In this document: positions 1 to 9,835 of the stretch, piece after piece
How the letters are laid out: each line of letters starts with the position of its first letter
How positions within the stretch are numbered: position 1 is the stretch's first letter
DNA from: an uncultured delta proteobacterium
Lineage (GTDB): Bacteria > Desulfobacterota > Desulfobacteria > Desulfobacterales > JAFDCJ01
Reading direction: 5' to 3'
Assembly: GCA_963769935.1 (NCBI GenBank)
Contig: CAVYNY010000009.1
Coordinates: forward strand, 315,671-379,670
Length of the DNA: 64,000 nucleotides
The notes under the pieces: model-generated
The model's database searches: none
What the model was told of the DNA's origin: nothing
Seen by the model: only the letters and a program-made list of their open reading frames with translations
Program-made: the position numbers and the translations under genes

Positions 1-399
1 TTGCTTGAGTGTTTTGCTGTAGCGCCGGGACAGGCCGGTATGGCCTTTAAGTGCTGTTGCAATTTCAGGCCGCTCGGCATGATTATCCATCACCCGGGGT
101 GATTCACGGGAGTCGCCCACGACTTGCCCGTCGGGCAATATGACGGTGATGCGGGTGGCGGATTTTTCGCCGATTTCCTTGCAGACGGCGTCCACTGCGG
201 CAGCATCCAAAGGCGTCAGGTGGGCGGTGATTTGCTTTTCGACCAGTACGGCGCGGATTTTCAGATCCGCTGCGGTCTGGTCCATGAAAAAATGGTGCAG
301 CGAACTGGAGGCATACCAGCTGACCGCCAATACCGAGAGCACCGTGATCAGCAGATATGAAGGAAACAGCTGCCAGATCAGTCTTTTTTTCCTATTCAT
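1..399 (-). CDS. phoR: PhoR-like sensor histidine kinase, 5' part (runs off window)
   Basis: Manual translation from ATG at 399: MNRKKRLIWQLFPSYLLITVLSVLAVSWYASS..., N-terminal TM helix; overlaps the stop of the upstream PhoB-type regulator. Confidence 0.7.
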   Translation of the reverse strand, partial: MNRKKRLIWQLFPSYLLITVLSVLAVSWYASSSLHHFFMDQTAADLKIRAVLVEKQITAHLTPLDAAAVDAVCKEIGEKSATRITVILPDGQVVGDSRESPRVMDNHAERPEIATALKGHTGLSRRYSKTLKQ

Positions 400-1090
400 T
401 GTTTTCTTTGAACCGATATCCGACACCTCGGACGGTTTCAATGTACCGGCTGGATGGACCCAGTTTTTTTCGCAATCCCACGATTTGGACGTCCACGCTG
501 CGGTCGGTAACCGGGTAGTCGTCACCGCGCACGGCATCCACAATGTGGCTGCGGGTAAACACCCACCCCGGTCGCCGGGCCAGAAGATACAGCACCTGAA
601 ACTCGGTATATGTCAAATCAACAGCCTGACCGGAGACCAGAACACTGCGCCGGCCGAGATCTATCTCCAGATCATAGATCCGAAGCATGGATACATCTCC
701 CTCATCCGGCTTGCCGGTTTTGCGGCGCAGGATGGCCCGCACTCTTGCAATCAGCACCCGGGGGCTGAACGGCTTGGTCACATAGTCATCGGCGCCCAGT
801 TCCAGACCGGTGACAATGTCGGCCTCCTCACCCTTGGCCGTCAGCATCAGAATCGGAAAATTCCCGGTCTTTGGGTCGCTTTTTAATTTTTTGGCCACAT
901 CCAGTCCGTCGATACCGGGCAGCATGAGATCGAGAACGACCAGATCAAACACTTCTGCCCGGGCCTTTTTCAGTGCATCTTCCCCGGTCAACGCCCCGGT
1001 AACCTGATACCCTTCTTTTACCAGATTGTATCTGATCAGCTCGAGGATATCCTCCTCATCTTCAACCACGAGAATCCGTTCTTTTGGCAT
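392..1090 (-). CDS. phoB: OmpR/PhoB-family response regulator
   Basis: REC domain (VVEDE, LDLMLP, KPF) plus winged HTH (TDRSVDVQI, IETVRGVGYRF). Confidence 0.8.
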   Translation of the reverse strand: MPKERILVVEDEEDILELIRYNLVKEGYQVTGALTGEDALKKARAEVFDLVVLDLMLPGIDGLDVAKKLKSDPKTGNFPILMLTAKGEEADIVTGLELGADDYVTKPFSPRVLIARVRAILRRKTGKPDEGDVSMLRIYDLEIDLGRRSVLVSGQAVDLTYTEFQVLYLLARRPGWVFTRSHIVDAVRGDDYPVTDRSVDVQIVGLRKKLGPSSRYIETVRGVGYRFKENNE

Positions 1091-1172
1091 CGCCTTGTCT
1101 CACCGTTTTGACAATGGAATTTATCTTGCTTTGTAATTTATTTTTTCCCGGTGAGCAATCTATTTCTTTATT

Positions 1173-1209
1173 GTTATCATAACGTTAGATTGCGGTTAAA
1201 TTTGTGATA
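1173..1209 (-). promoter_or_regulatory. Pho-box-like direct repeats
   Basis: TAAC on the minus strand (gtta at 1173, 1184, 1195; gata at 1206) with exact 11-bp period, upstream of phoB. Confidence 0.55.
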
Positions 1210-1354
1210 GCCTTTTGATGCGACAGACACAGCCGGCGGCACTAAAAGAAACACGGTGATAATTCCAGTTATTCCGGCACCGGCCGGAATTTGTTCAAAT
1301 TTCACACTTAATACTTTCAGTTGACTTTATAAATTATCGGGTTAATATTAAACC

Positions 1355-2611
1355 ATGATTAAACGAAAGTTGTTTTCAGAATTGGTGGGCCATCTTCCGC
1401 AAAAGGAGATGAGCCTGATAATCGGCCCCCGTCAGGCCGGCAAAACGACCCTGATGGAGATGTTGCAGGCACATCTGGAAAAGAGCGGTGAGCGCACGCT
1501 GTTTCTAAACCTCGACGTCGAGTGGGACAGACTTCATTTTGAATCTCAGGCAGCTCTTCTAAAAAAAATTGAATTGGAGCTGGGCCGACGGCGCGGTTAC
1601 GTTTTTATCGATGAAATTCAGCGCAAAGGTGATGCCGGTTTATTTTTAAAGGGCCTTTTTGATCTCAACTTGCCTTATAAATTTATCGTTTCCGGTTCCG
1701 GCAGCCTGGAGCTGAAAGAAAAAATCCATGAATCGATGGTCGGCCGCAAACGACTGTTTGAATTATCCACCCTGACCTTCGAGGAATTTATCAATCACCG
1801 AACGGACTATCGGTATGAAGAAAATATTGCCGAGTTTATGGCAATTGAAACGGACAATGCCCGGCAGCTGCTGTCTGAATACATGCAGTTCGGCGGGTAT
1901 CCCCGGATTGTTTTAGCTTTGGAACAAGTTGAAAAGCTTCGTCTCATCGATGAAATCTACCGCAGTGTCCTGGAAAAGGATATTGCCTATCTTTTAAAAC
2001 TTGACAAGCCTGATGTTTTCAGAGCGCTCATCAAGATTCTTGCCGGCCAGATCGGGCAGTTGATGAACTACACTGAGCTGGCATCGACATTGAATGTGTC
2101 TTTTGCCACTGTTAAAAACTACCTCTGGTATGCTCAAAAAATATTCATAGTGGAACTTATCCCACCCTATGCGCGCAATGTCAGAAAAGAAATCAGCAAA
2201 TCACCCGTGCCTTATTTTTGGGATTTGGGCCTCAGAAACTATTCCCTGGGACTGTTCGGACACCTTGAAAGCCCAATGGAAAAAGGGTTTGTCTTTGAAA
2301 ACCTGGTTTTTTTACTTTTAAGGCAAAAACTAAGATTCAAAGCCGCCAAGTTGAATTACTGGCGAACAAAGGATAAAGCCGAGGTGGATTTTGTGATCGA
2401 AGCCGGTAAAAGACTCATTCCGGTGGAGGTTAAGCATAAGCAGCTTAGACAGGATAAGGTGCCGGTATCCTTGCGCAGTTTCATCGACAAATACCAGCCG
2501 GAGCGAGCCTTTATTATAAATTTTGGTTTGAACAAAACCATTGAAATCAACCAGACAAAAGTTTGCTTTATGCCGTTTCATGAACTGCTGAGTCAAAGCA
2601 CGGTATTTTAA
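1355..2611 (+). CDS. AAA+ ATPase with DUF4143-type C-terminal domain
   Basis: Walker A GPRQAGKT, Walker B FIDEIQ, GGYP, YFWDLG, EVDFV..IPVEVK; TTGACT-N16-TAATAT ends 6 nt before the ATG. Confidence 0.85.
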   Translation: MIKRKLFSELVGHLPQKEMSLIIGPRQAGKTTLMEMLQAHLEKSGERTLFLNLDVEWDRLHFESQAALLKKIELELGRRRGYVFIDEIQRKGDAGLFLKGLFDLNLPYKFIVSGSGSLELKEKIHESMVGRKRLFELSTLTFEEFINHRTDYRYEENIAEFMAIETDNARQLLSEYMQFGGYPRIVLALEQVEKLRLIDEIYRSVLEKDIAYLLKLDKPDVFRALIKILAGQIGQLMNYTELASTLNVSFATVKNYLWYAQKIFIVELIPPYARNVRKEISKSPVPYFWDLGLRNYSLGLFGHLESPMEKGFVFENLVFLLLRQKLRFKAAKLNYWRTKDKAEVDFVIEAGKRLIPVEVKHKQLRQDKVPVSLRSFIDKYQPERAFIINFGLNKTIEINQTKVCFMPFHELLSQSTVF

Positions 2612-2878
2612 AGATCTCGACTTTAAACCGGCCCGCATCAAAGATCCGGTTGTCTGAGGTCCCTTTTTATGATGCACAAGGTTGATAAGGTCGTCGAGAA
2701 AGGTACCGAAAATTCCACCTACTAATGAATCACGCAAGCACCCCGGTGCCATTCTCTGGAGCTGCGCAGCTGGCAAAAATCCCAAAAAAAGACAGGATAA
2801 AATTCGTGCTTTATATATTTCGCGTTTTCGTGATAAAAAAAAATAGAAGATGTCCTTTCTTCTTAGGATCGCGATCAC

Positions 2879-4219
2879 TTGACCGGTAATGCGCCCCATA
2901 TTCTTCTGATCAATCCCTGGATCCACGATTTTGCCGCCTACGATTTCTGGGCCAAGCCTCTGGGACTGCTCATCATTGCAGGCCTGCTAAAGGCGCACGG
3001 CATTGCGGTTTCCTATATCGACTGTCTGGACCGTTTTCATCCCCGGGCCGCTAAAACCGATCCTGCGGCCAGATACGGCCGGGGTCCGTATCTTAAATCC
3101 CGCATCCCTAAACCGGCCGGGTTGGATGACGTCCGCCGTAAATTCTCACGCTACGGTATCAAACCGCAATGGTTCCAGGAAGATCTTCTTGGACTGGCCC
3201 CACCCGATCTTGTGCTGATCACCTCGCTGATGACATACTGGTACCCGGGGGTGCAGGAAACCATTGCAGCTGTCAGATCGGTTTTTCCGCATACGCCGAT
3301 CGTGCTGGGCGGCATCTATGCCCGATTATGCGCTGAGCATGCCGGAAGCAATTCCGGCGCCGATCATATCGCCGTCGAGCCGGCGGAAAAATGCTTAATG
3401 GCCCTGTTGTGTGACTTTACAGGCTACTCGGCCGCACCGGCATTTGATCCGTTAAATATGGATTCCTACCCCTACCCTGCCCTGGAATTGCAGACCAGGA
3501 TTAATTATGTACCCCTGCTGACCACCAAAGGCTGCCCGTTTAACTGTGCCTACTGCGCTTCCCGTTTTTTGGAGCCCAACCCCCTGCGGCGCAGTCCGGA
3601 ATCCGTTATTGAAGAGATCCGTTACTGGCACGGCCGGTATGGACTGATCGACTTTGTCCTGTACGACGACGCCTTTTTGGTGGATGCCGACCACCATGCC
3701 ATTCCGATGCTGGAAGGCATCTGCGCAGCCGGTCTCAAGGTTCGTTTTCACACGCCGAATGCGCTCCATATTCGCGGCATCACCCCCGCAACGGCCCGGC
3801 TGATGCACCGGGCCGGTTTTACGACCCTGCGTCTCGGATTGGAAACAGCTGAATTTGAACACCGCCTGAAACTTGATCAGAAAGTCTCTCAGCACGAGTT
3901 TAACCGAGCGGTGACCTGCCTGATCGAGGCCGGTTTTGACAAAAAACGGGTGGGCGCCTATCTGCTGGTCGGTCTTCCCGGCCAGAAACTAAGCGCTATT
4001 GAGTATTCCATCCGGGCCGTTTCAGAAAGCGGTATATCGCCGGTGCCCGCGTATTACACCCCCATTCCGCATACGGCGCTGTGGCCTGAGGCGGTAGCGG
4101 CATCCCGCTACGATCTTGCTTCCGATCCGATATTCACCAATAACGCCATCCTCCCCTGCCGCAAAGAACCGTTTTCCTGGGAACTGATTTCGCATTTAAA
4201 GGATTTGGCGGCGAAATAA
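2879..4219 (+). CDS. B12-binding radical SAM protein
   Basis: CxxxCxxC motif (GCPFNCAYC), N-terminal cobalamin-binding-like segment (PLGL, IVLGGIYA). Confidence 0.85.
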   Translation: MTGNAPHILLINPWIHDFAAYDFWAKPLGLLIIAGLLKAHGIAVSYIDCLDRFHPRAAKTDPAARYGRGPYLKSRIPKPAGLDDVRRKFSRYGIKPQWFQEDLLGLAPPDLVLITSLMTYWYPGVQETIAAVRSVFPHTPIVLGGIYARLCAEHAGSNSGADHIAVEPAEKCLMALLCDFTGYSAAPAFDPLNMDSYPYPALELQTRINYVPLLTTKGCPFNCAYCASRFLEPNPLRRSPESVIEEIRYWHGRYGLIDFVLYDDAFLVDADHHAIPMLEGICAAGLKVRFHTPNALHIRGITPATARLMHRAGFTTLRLGLETAEFEHRLKLDQKVSQHEFNRAVTCLIEAGFDKKRVGAYLLVGLPGQKLSAIEYSIRAVSESGISPVPAYYTPIPHTALWPEAVAASRYDLASDPIFTNNAILPCRKEPFSWELISHLKDLAAK

Positions 4220-4426
4220 AAATGAAAGATGCTTTGCCGCTGAAAAATATTTATCATGGTGTAGTTATGAAAAAATTGATATTTTCGTCAAACAGTGCTA
4301 ATTAATCTGCCCTGATAAGAAGCATTTGCAGGGTTGTGAACTGTTAGTTGAAAATAGAAGAAAGTCGTTTGATCGAAGATCCGACGGGTTAATAGCATTA
4401 TACTGCGCATGTTGAAGTAATGCCTG

Positions 4427-4530
4427 GTGGCAGTGGTTTTCAAATACGATTCTAAAGGGTGGTCCGACCGCGTTCATCGCGGTTGCCTCCAGCCCGCAGG
4501 GCTTACGCCCCGGAGGGAAAACCGCTCCCA
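4427..4530. repeat. REP-like inverted pair with a nested palindromic insert
   Basis: gtggcagtggttttcaaatacgat ... atcgcggttg[cctccagcccgcagggcttacgccccggagg]gaaaaccgctcccac. Confidence 0.5.
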
Positions 4531-4696
4531 CAAACTTTTTAAACTATTTTCAGGTTCCAAAGAAGTTTCTTTTTCGATCAGACCGGCCGCTTTCAGGCCG
4601 GCGGCGGCGCTGACACCTGACGCCCGAAACCTTTAAGTTTTTGACAGCCTGTTGTTTAAAACAAAGGCTCTGCCACAGTAAAGGAGAAAAATATTT

Positions 4697-6196
4697 ATGC
4701 TTCACCTGAAATCCGCCGATTTAAAAAAACAGGCGATGGAAATACTGGCAATTCCCGTATGTGAAGATAAAGATATCCATGCAGACCCGTTGATTAAGGC
4801 CGTCGTCCAAAAAGCACTGGCCCTCAAGGAGTTCAACGGAAAAAAGGACGAAGAAGTGACGCTTTACGATGTGCCGGATCTCAAGGCCCGGCGGGTAATC
4901 ATGTTGGGTCTCGGCAAAGCCGAGAAACTTGACCTGGAAGCCTTGCGCTGCATGGCCGGCAGGACGGTTAAAAGTTGCATCAAGAAAGAACTGGCCGACC
5001 TGTGGTTCGCGGTCCCCGCGGCGGCCGGGATCGGCCTTGAGATGGCGGCGGTTCTGGAAGCCATGCAGGAAGGTGCTTTGCTCGGCAATCATATATTTAA
5101 TAAGTACAAAGTAGAGAATAAAAAGACGGCCCTCAGGCAGATCATTTTTTTGACGACACCCCGGATCGTTAAAGATCTGCGCCGCCTGTGTTCCAGAGTT
5201 GCCGTTGTTTGTGAAGGAACCTGCCTGGCCCGCGACTGGATCAGTACCCCCTCCAACGAAAAGACACCGGAAAAATTTGCCCGGTCCATCGTCGAAATGG
5301 CTAAAAAACAGCGCCTTAAAATTCAGGTGCTCAGCGAAAACCAGCTGAAACAAAAAAAATTCGACGCCCTGCTGGCTGTGGCGGCCGGCAGCCAATGCAA
5401 ACCCGGCCTGGTCCTGCTGGAGCACACGGTACCGGGCGCCAAAAAGACAGTGGCCCTGGTGGGCAAAGGGGTGACCTTTGACTCAGGGGGTCTTAATATC
5501 AAAACCGGCGGCTCCATTGCCGATATGAAATCGGATATGTCCGGGGCGGCTGCGGTTGCGGCCACGTTGATCACCGCCGCCCGGTTAAAAACCAAAGTCA
5601 ACCTTATCGGCGCCATTCCCATTGTGGAAAATATGCCGTCGGGCCACGCCACCAGGCCCGGAGATATTATTCGAAGCTATGCCGGCAAAACCATCGAGAT
5701 CGGAAACACCGATGCCGAAGGACGCCTGATTCTGATCGATGCCATGGCTTACGTTCTAAAGCGGTACAAACCGCAAATGCTGATCGACCTGGCAACGCTG
5801 ACCGGGGCCTGTGTGGTTGCATTAGGGGAAAAGATTGCCGGGGTATTTTCCAATGACGAGCATCTGGCCGCTTCAATTGCGTCGGCGGGAGAAAAAACCC
5901 ATGAACGCTGCTGGCGCATGCCGCTGCCCGATGATTATAAGGAACTCTTGAAAAGCGATTTTGCCGACATCAACAACATGCCCAGCAGCCGCTGGGGAAG
6001 CGCCATCACCGCGGCGCTTTTTCTGGCCGAATTTGTGGGTGATACCCGCTGGGCCCATATCGATATCGCCGGCCCGGCCTATCTCAAAAATGAAAATGCT
6101 TACTGCGGACCCGGTGGGACGGGTTTTGGGGTAAGGCTGTTAACGGAGTTGCTGGAGGGGATGGTAAAGACAGAAGTTGAGAAGTTGAGAAGTTGA
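4697..6196 (+). CDS. pepA: Leucyl aminopeptidase (M17)
   Basis: LVGKGVTFDSGG, MKSDMSG, NTDAEGRL, ATLTGA, HIDIAG motifs. Confidence 0.95.
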   Translation: MLHLKSADLKKQAMEILAIPVCEDKDIHADPLIKAVVQKALALKEFNGKKDEEVTLYDVPDLKARRVIMLGLGKAEKLDLEALRCMAGRTVKSCIKKELADLWFAVPAAAGIGLEMAAVLEAMQEGALLGNHIFNKYKVENKKTALRQIIFLTTPRIVKDLRRLCSRVAVVCEGTCLARDWISTPSNEKTPEKFARSIVEMAKKQRLKIQVLSENQLKQKKFDALLAVAAGSQCKPGLVLLEHTVPGAKKTVALVGKGVTFDSGGLNIKTGGSIADMKSDMSGAAAVAATLITAARLKTKVNLIGAIPIVENMPSGHATRPGDIIRSYAGKTIEIGNTDAEGRLILIDAMAYVLKRYKPQMLIDLATLTGACVVALGEKIAGVFSNDEHLAASIASAGEKTHERCWRMPLPDDYKELLKSDFADINNMPSSRWGSAITAALFLAEFVGDTRWAHIDIAGPAYLKNENAYCGPGGTGFGVRLLTELLEGMVKTEVEKLRS

Positions 6197-6204
6197 GAAG
6201 TTGG
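6173..6204 (+). repeat. 8-bp tandem repeat (GAAGTTGA)x4 overlapping the pepA stop
   Basis: Three perfect units plus GAAGTTGG; degenerate 8-mer periodicity continues to about 6258. Confidence 0.85.
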
Positions 6205-6342
6205 GATACCAGGGGAAGATAGGAAGTTAGATAGCTGGTGAGTTCGTAAGTTCATAAGCACCAACCCAATTCACATAGTAAAGAATCCTGGCCCACAGGA
6301 CCAGGTTTGCAATGTTAGAATAAATGCCATCCCTTACCGGAT

Positions 6343-6927
6343 TCATCTTCGGCGCAGATTGGCAGCCGCGAAATCGCGCTGAATCCGGCTGGGTCTTCCC
6401 GTGATTCTTCTGGTTATATATTCAGGTACAACGCCGAGCGCGATGTACTTGGCCTGAACCTCCTCCGGCAGAAAAGTGAAATCCACCACCTTGCCGCGGC
6501 AGATGGGCGATCCGCATGCACACTGCATCACCAGCACGGGCTTGTACATGGTCGTGGAATAATCAAATCGAATCTCCTCGCCGCGTCCAATGGTTTGGAT
6601 GGCAACCAGTTTCGAGGTTTCGCCGTCCATAACAACTCCGGAATTGGGGTCACAGGAATGGTTGATATAGTCGTCGATCTCGCCGGACGGACCAAGGAAT
6701 ACATTGTCGCCCACCTGAAGATAATAGTCTTCATCCTGGCTGTGAATCGCCGGCATATCCCGACGCCGGATGAGCGGTCCTAAAAATGTGATGATTTCCT
6801 CGCCGGCAAAAATTCTCTCGCCGGCAAAAACGCCCCTTCCGATGGGACACTTCTGCAAAATCAACCTTTTCATACCGCGACAAATCTCCTTTGATGTCGG
6901 ATCAAAATCGTGCAGCCGAAAAATCAA
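6343..6927 (-). CDS. SET-domain protein-lysine methyltransferase with post-SET cysteines
   Basis: GRGVFA, NHSCDPN, EEIRFDY, CACGSPICRG; true start may be the ATG near 6873. Confidence 0.85.
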   Translation of the reverse strand: MIFRLHDFDPTSKEICRGMKRLILQKCPIGRGVFAGERIFAGEEIITFLGPLIRRRDMPAIHSQDEDYYLQVGDNVFLGPSGEIDDYINHSCDPNSGVVMDGETSKLVAIQTIGRGEEIRFDYSTTMYKPVLVMQCACGSPICRGKVVDFTFLPEEVQAKYIALGVVPEYITRRITGRPSRIQRDFAAANLRRR

Positions 6928-7097
6928 TTCATAAATTTAGTACAGAAAAAATAAATAGCAAGATTTAACCATATTTTTTATGCAGGAATGACGGCGGGGC
7001 TGAATCCGGCCTGCTCCCCGTCCTGTCGCGTCGTAGTTACGCTGCACGCGTGACGAAGTCGGAAGCCGGGCAGCTGAAGGAGGGAACCTTTTAAGGC

Positions 7098-7261
7098 TCA
7101 GATTTTCCCGGGTTCACCCTTCAAGAAAATGATCCGGTGGGCGTAGACCGGCCGGCGGTAGGCTTGCTTCTGGTGGAGGCATTGGACGGGGCAGGAATCC
7201 ACGCAGATGCCGCAGTAGACACAGGCAAAAGGGTCAGGATGGTGGCAAGTTCTTGTTCCAT
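7098..7261 (-). pseudogene. Small 4Fe-4S ferredoxin-like fragment (resembles the EchF C-terminus), frameshifted
   Basis: Manual translation DPFACVYCGICVDSCPVQCLHQKQAYRRPV...; one base out of frame with ATG at 7261. Confidence 0.6.
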
Positions 7262-7268
7262 GGTTCAC

Positions 7269-8228
7269 CTATCTGACGATCCAGACGGACCGATCGCGGC
7301 CCAGATAAATGACTTTATTGGTCACCCTTCCGATGAAAAATGATTGTACCTGCGATAAACCGCGTCTGCCCATCACGATCGTGCCGTAATTTTTCTTCCG
7401 GGCTTCATCGACGATGGCCGCAGCTCGCGATTGGACTCCGACAACAAGCTTGGATGAGATCCGATTTTCCTCGAAACCCGCTTGCATCAATTTTTTTTGG
7501 GCATCTTCCAAGCGGGCCGCGATATCGATTTTGGCATCGTCCACGAATTTTTGGGGTGAAAACAGGCCCTGATGTTCCTCCGCGGCCCTTTCACGGCCTC
7601 GAATCACATGCAGCAGACAGACGTTGAAAGCGGATGCGCCCAGGAAGGTTCCCACACAATCAACCGCGCGCAGGGCGCCGGGTGAGCCGTCAAAAGCCAG
7701 CAAGATGCCTTTTCCCACCGGCGCCCGCCCGGCCAGTATAAAGGGCAGAAAATCAAGCCTTTCGAGCAGCTTGTTGGCGATGCTGCCGATCACCAGCCCC
7801 TGCAGTGCGCCCATGCCGCGCCGCCGGGCCACAACTGCGTCATACCCCTCGCGGGCTTCTCTGATGATATCGCGGGCGATGCCCTGTTTCCGCTTCAGAA
7901 TTTTAACCTTAACGGCATCCTCCGGGAAACCGGCATTCAGAAGAATCGCCTTGGCATTTTGCATGTAGTCCCCGGCATTGCTCTTCTGCTGGACCTCCCA
8001 AGCCTGGACGGACATTACCGTTCCGGTGCTGCGGGGATCCCTTTTCAGGTCAAAATACGACTCGGGAACGCCGGCATACACGTGCATCAGCACCACCTGC
8101 ATTTGCTTAAAAGGTCTGATCTTGGCGATGTACCGCACCGTGCCCAGCGACCGTTCCGAACCGTCCAGCGGCAGAAGGATTTTAGGGGGGATTTGTCTTG
8201 CAGTCATTTCAATGTCCTTTCTAAGCAA
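7269..8228 (-). CDS. Tandem universal stress protein (2x USP)
   Basis: ILLPLDGS / ILLAFDGS and RRGMG..GSIANK / GRRGLS..GRVTNKV. Confidence 0.9.
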   Translation of the reverse strand: MLRKDIEMTARQIPPKILLPLDGSERSLGTVRYIAKIRPFKQMQVVLMHVYAGVPESYFDLKRDPRSTGTVMSVQAWEVQQKSNAGDYMQNAKAILLNAGFPEDAVKVKILKRKQGIARDIIREAREGYDAVVARRRGMGALQGLVIGSIANKLLERLDFLPFILAGRAPVGKGILLAFDGSPGALRAVDCVGTFLGASAFNVCLLHVIRGRERAAEEHQGLFSPQKFVDDAKIDIAARLEDAQKKLMQAGFEENRISSKLVVGVQSRAAAIVDEARKKNYGTIVMGRRGLSQVQSFFIGRVTNKVIYLGRDRSVWIVR

Positions 8229-8285
8229 GCAATTCGTTGAAGAAGTTACTACGGTGCTTTTAACAGGACACTGACAGTTTATTCG

Positions 8286-8302
8286 AGCAATAGGTATGCC
8301 AT
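8286..8302 (-). promoter_or_regulatory. Sigma-54 promoter for the USP gene
   Basis: TGGCATACCTATTGC = GG-N10-GC. Confidence 0.65.
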
Positions 8303-8588
8303 GGTAGACGGGGGAACATAAAAAATTTTAACTTATTACTATCATTATGAATTACTTGAATTTTCGAAGGCCGGTAACCGCTAATCTTCGCGGCAATCCT
8401 GTCGGACTATTTTACATGTTGCAAAAAAGATAGCCTATTTTTGGATTCGTGCCGGAAATTGCCCTGGGCATTTACATTTCAGCCCCGCCGGAGGCTGCGC
8501 TCTCAGCGGTGAGACACTTCATAAAAATGTGCTCGAATGTAATGAAGAGTTTCATATGAGGGGGCGGGCAATCGATGGGACTAAAAGA

Positions 8589-8616
8589 AAAAGGAGGGAT
8601 ATTCCCTCCTTTTTTT
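8589..8616. terminator. Intrinsic (probably bidirectional) terminator
   Basis: aaaaggaggga-tat-tccctcctttttttt. Confidence 0.7.
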
Positions 8617-8679
8617 GTGGCAAATTAATTTTTGTCTGATTAAGGATAATGTAACTAGAAGGGGTTGGCGCTGATCCCC

Positions 8680-8868
8680 CTACACACGTCCGCCATGTAC
8701 CCCGGGTTGCTCTTTTCTGTTTTTGGTCCACTTAGGGCTTTTCGGACTCGGCTCGCTGTAAGGTTCGGCCTTGATGCCTTCCTGGCGTTCTTTTTCTCCC
8801 TCTTGGACGCGATCACGGCATTCGCCTTTGCAATTGCCCGTCGTGTCTCTTGTTGGCATTTTTTTCAT
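8680..8868 (-). CDS. Small hydrophilic hypothetical protein (62 aa)
   Basis: SD AGGAGA before the ATG; terminator downstream. Confidence 0.55.
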   Translation of the reverse strand: MKKMPTRDTTGNCKGECRDRVQEGEKERQEGIKAEPYSEPSPKSPKWTKNRKEQPGVHGGRV

Positions 8869-8995
8869 GATATCGATCTCCTGCTTTAGGACTGGTTTGT
8901 TAAAGTTTGTATTGTCGCATCCGACAATGTTAAGTATACGTTATGCATCATTTGGGAAAAATCAAGTCAACCTTCCAGGCAAATTTGCCGCCCGA

Positions 8996-9796
8996 TCAAA
9001 ATCCCCGTATATTTCCGGTCGATTCCAAAAACTCCGGACGGCATAATTGTTCGATGATTGCTAAAAGCTCTTTGTGTTTAAAGGGTTTTTTAAGGGTCCT
9101 GGCACCCATGGCACGCGCCAAATCAATTTCCGCCTCATTGCCGTACCAGCCAAACCCGGAAACGACAATAATTTTTACATCCGGATATTGTTCTTTAATT
9201 GTTAGAACCGTTTCGATGCCTTCCTTCTTTGGCATGACGATATCGGAGATGATCAAATCAGCCGGGCATGCCGATTGACGGCGTATCCCGGCTTCTCCGT
9301 CGCAGGCTTCCATAACCTCAAAGCCCTGCGATTCCAGCATATGGCGCAGCATTTTTCGAAAACTTTCGTCGTCATCAATTATCAGGATGCGTTTGACGAC
9401 GATGGGGCAGGAATCTTTTGCCGATCGATCTATCTTTTCAAAGGCGGCCGCGGCGGATTTTAAAAGCACATCGAAGTCAAGCGGCTTTGAAAAATAATCG
9501 TTAAAACCGGCTTCAAGTATTTCTTCCGGCCCCAAAATCCCCGCATAGCCGGTTACGGCATAGATTATCGCCCGGGAGTCGTTCTCTCTTATCCGTTCGC
9601 ATAGGTCAAATCCGCTCATGGTCTCCAAGCCCAGGTCGATATACATGACCGGAAAATCCTCATGAGCTAAGATCTCAAGAGCCTCCTCTCCGGTGGCGGC
9701 CGAACCGACGGAATACCCCTTGCGGCTGAAAGCCATTTCGAACATTTCGCGAATAGAAGCTTCGTCATCGACAACTAAAATCTTTTTTGCATTCAT
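8996..9796 (-). CDS. Response regulator with two REC domains
   Basis: ILVVDDE...KP and ILIIDDD...SDIVMP...KPF. Confidence 0.85.
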   Translation of the reverse strand: MNAKKILVVDDEASIREMFEMAFSRKGYSVGSAATGEEALEILAHEDFPVMYIDLGLETMSGFDLCERIRENDSRAIIYAVTGYAGILGPEEILEAGFNDYFSKPLDFDVLLKSAAAAFEKIDRSAKDSCPIVVKRILIIDDDESFRKMLRHMLESQGFEVMEACDGEAGIRRQSACPADLIISDIVMPKKEGIETVLTIKEQYPDVKIIVVSGFGWYGNEAEIDLARAMGARTLKKPFKHKELLAIIEQLCRPEFLESTGNIRGF

Positions 9797-9835
9797 GGTT
9801 CTTTAACGATCTTGAGATTCTGCCCCCAAGTTCAA

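Noticed and set aside
140..886. 248-aa plus-strand ORF
   Set aside because: Antisense shadow of phoB/phoR
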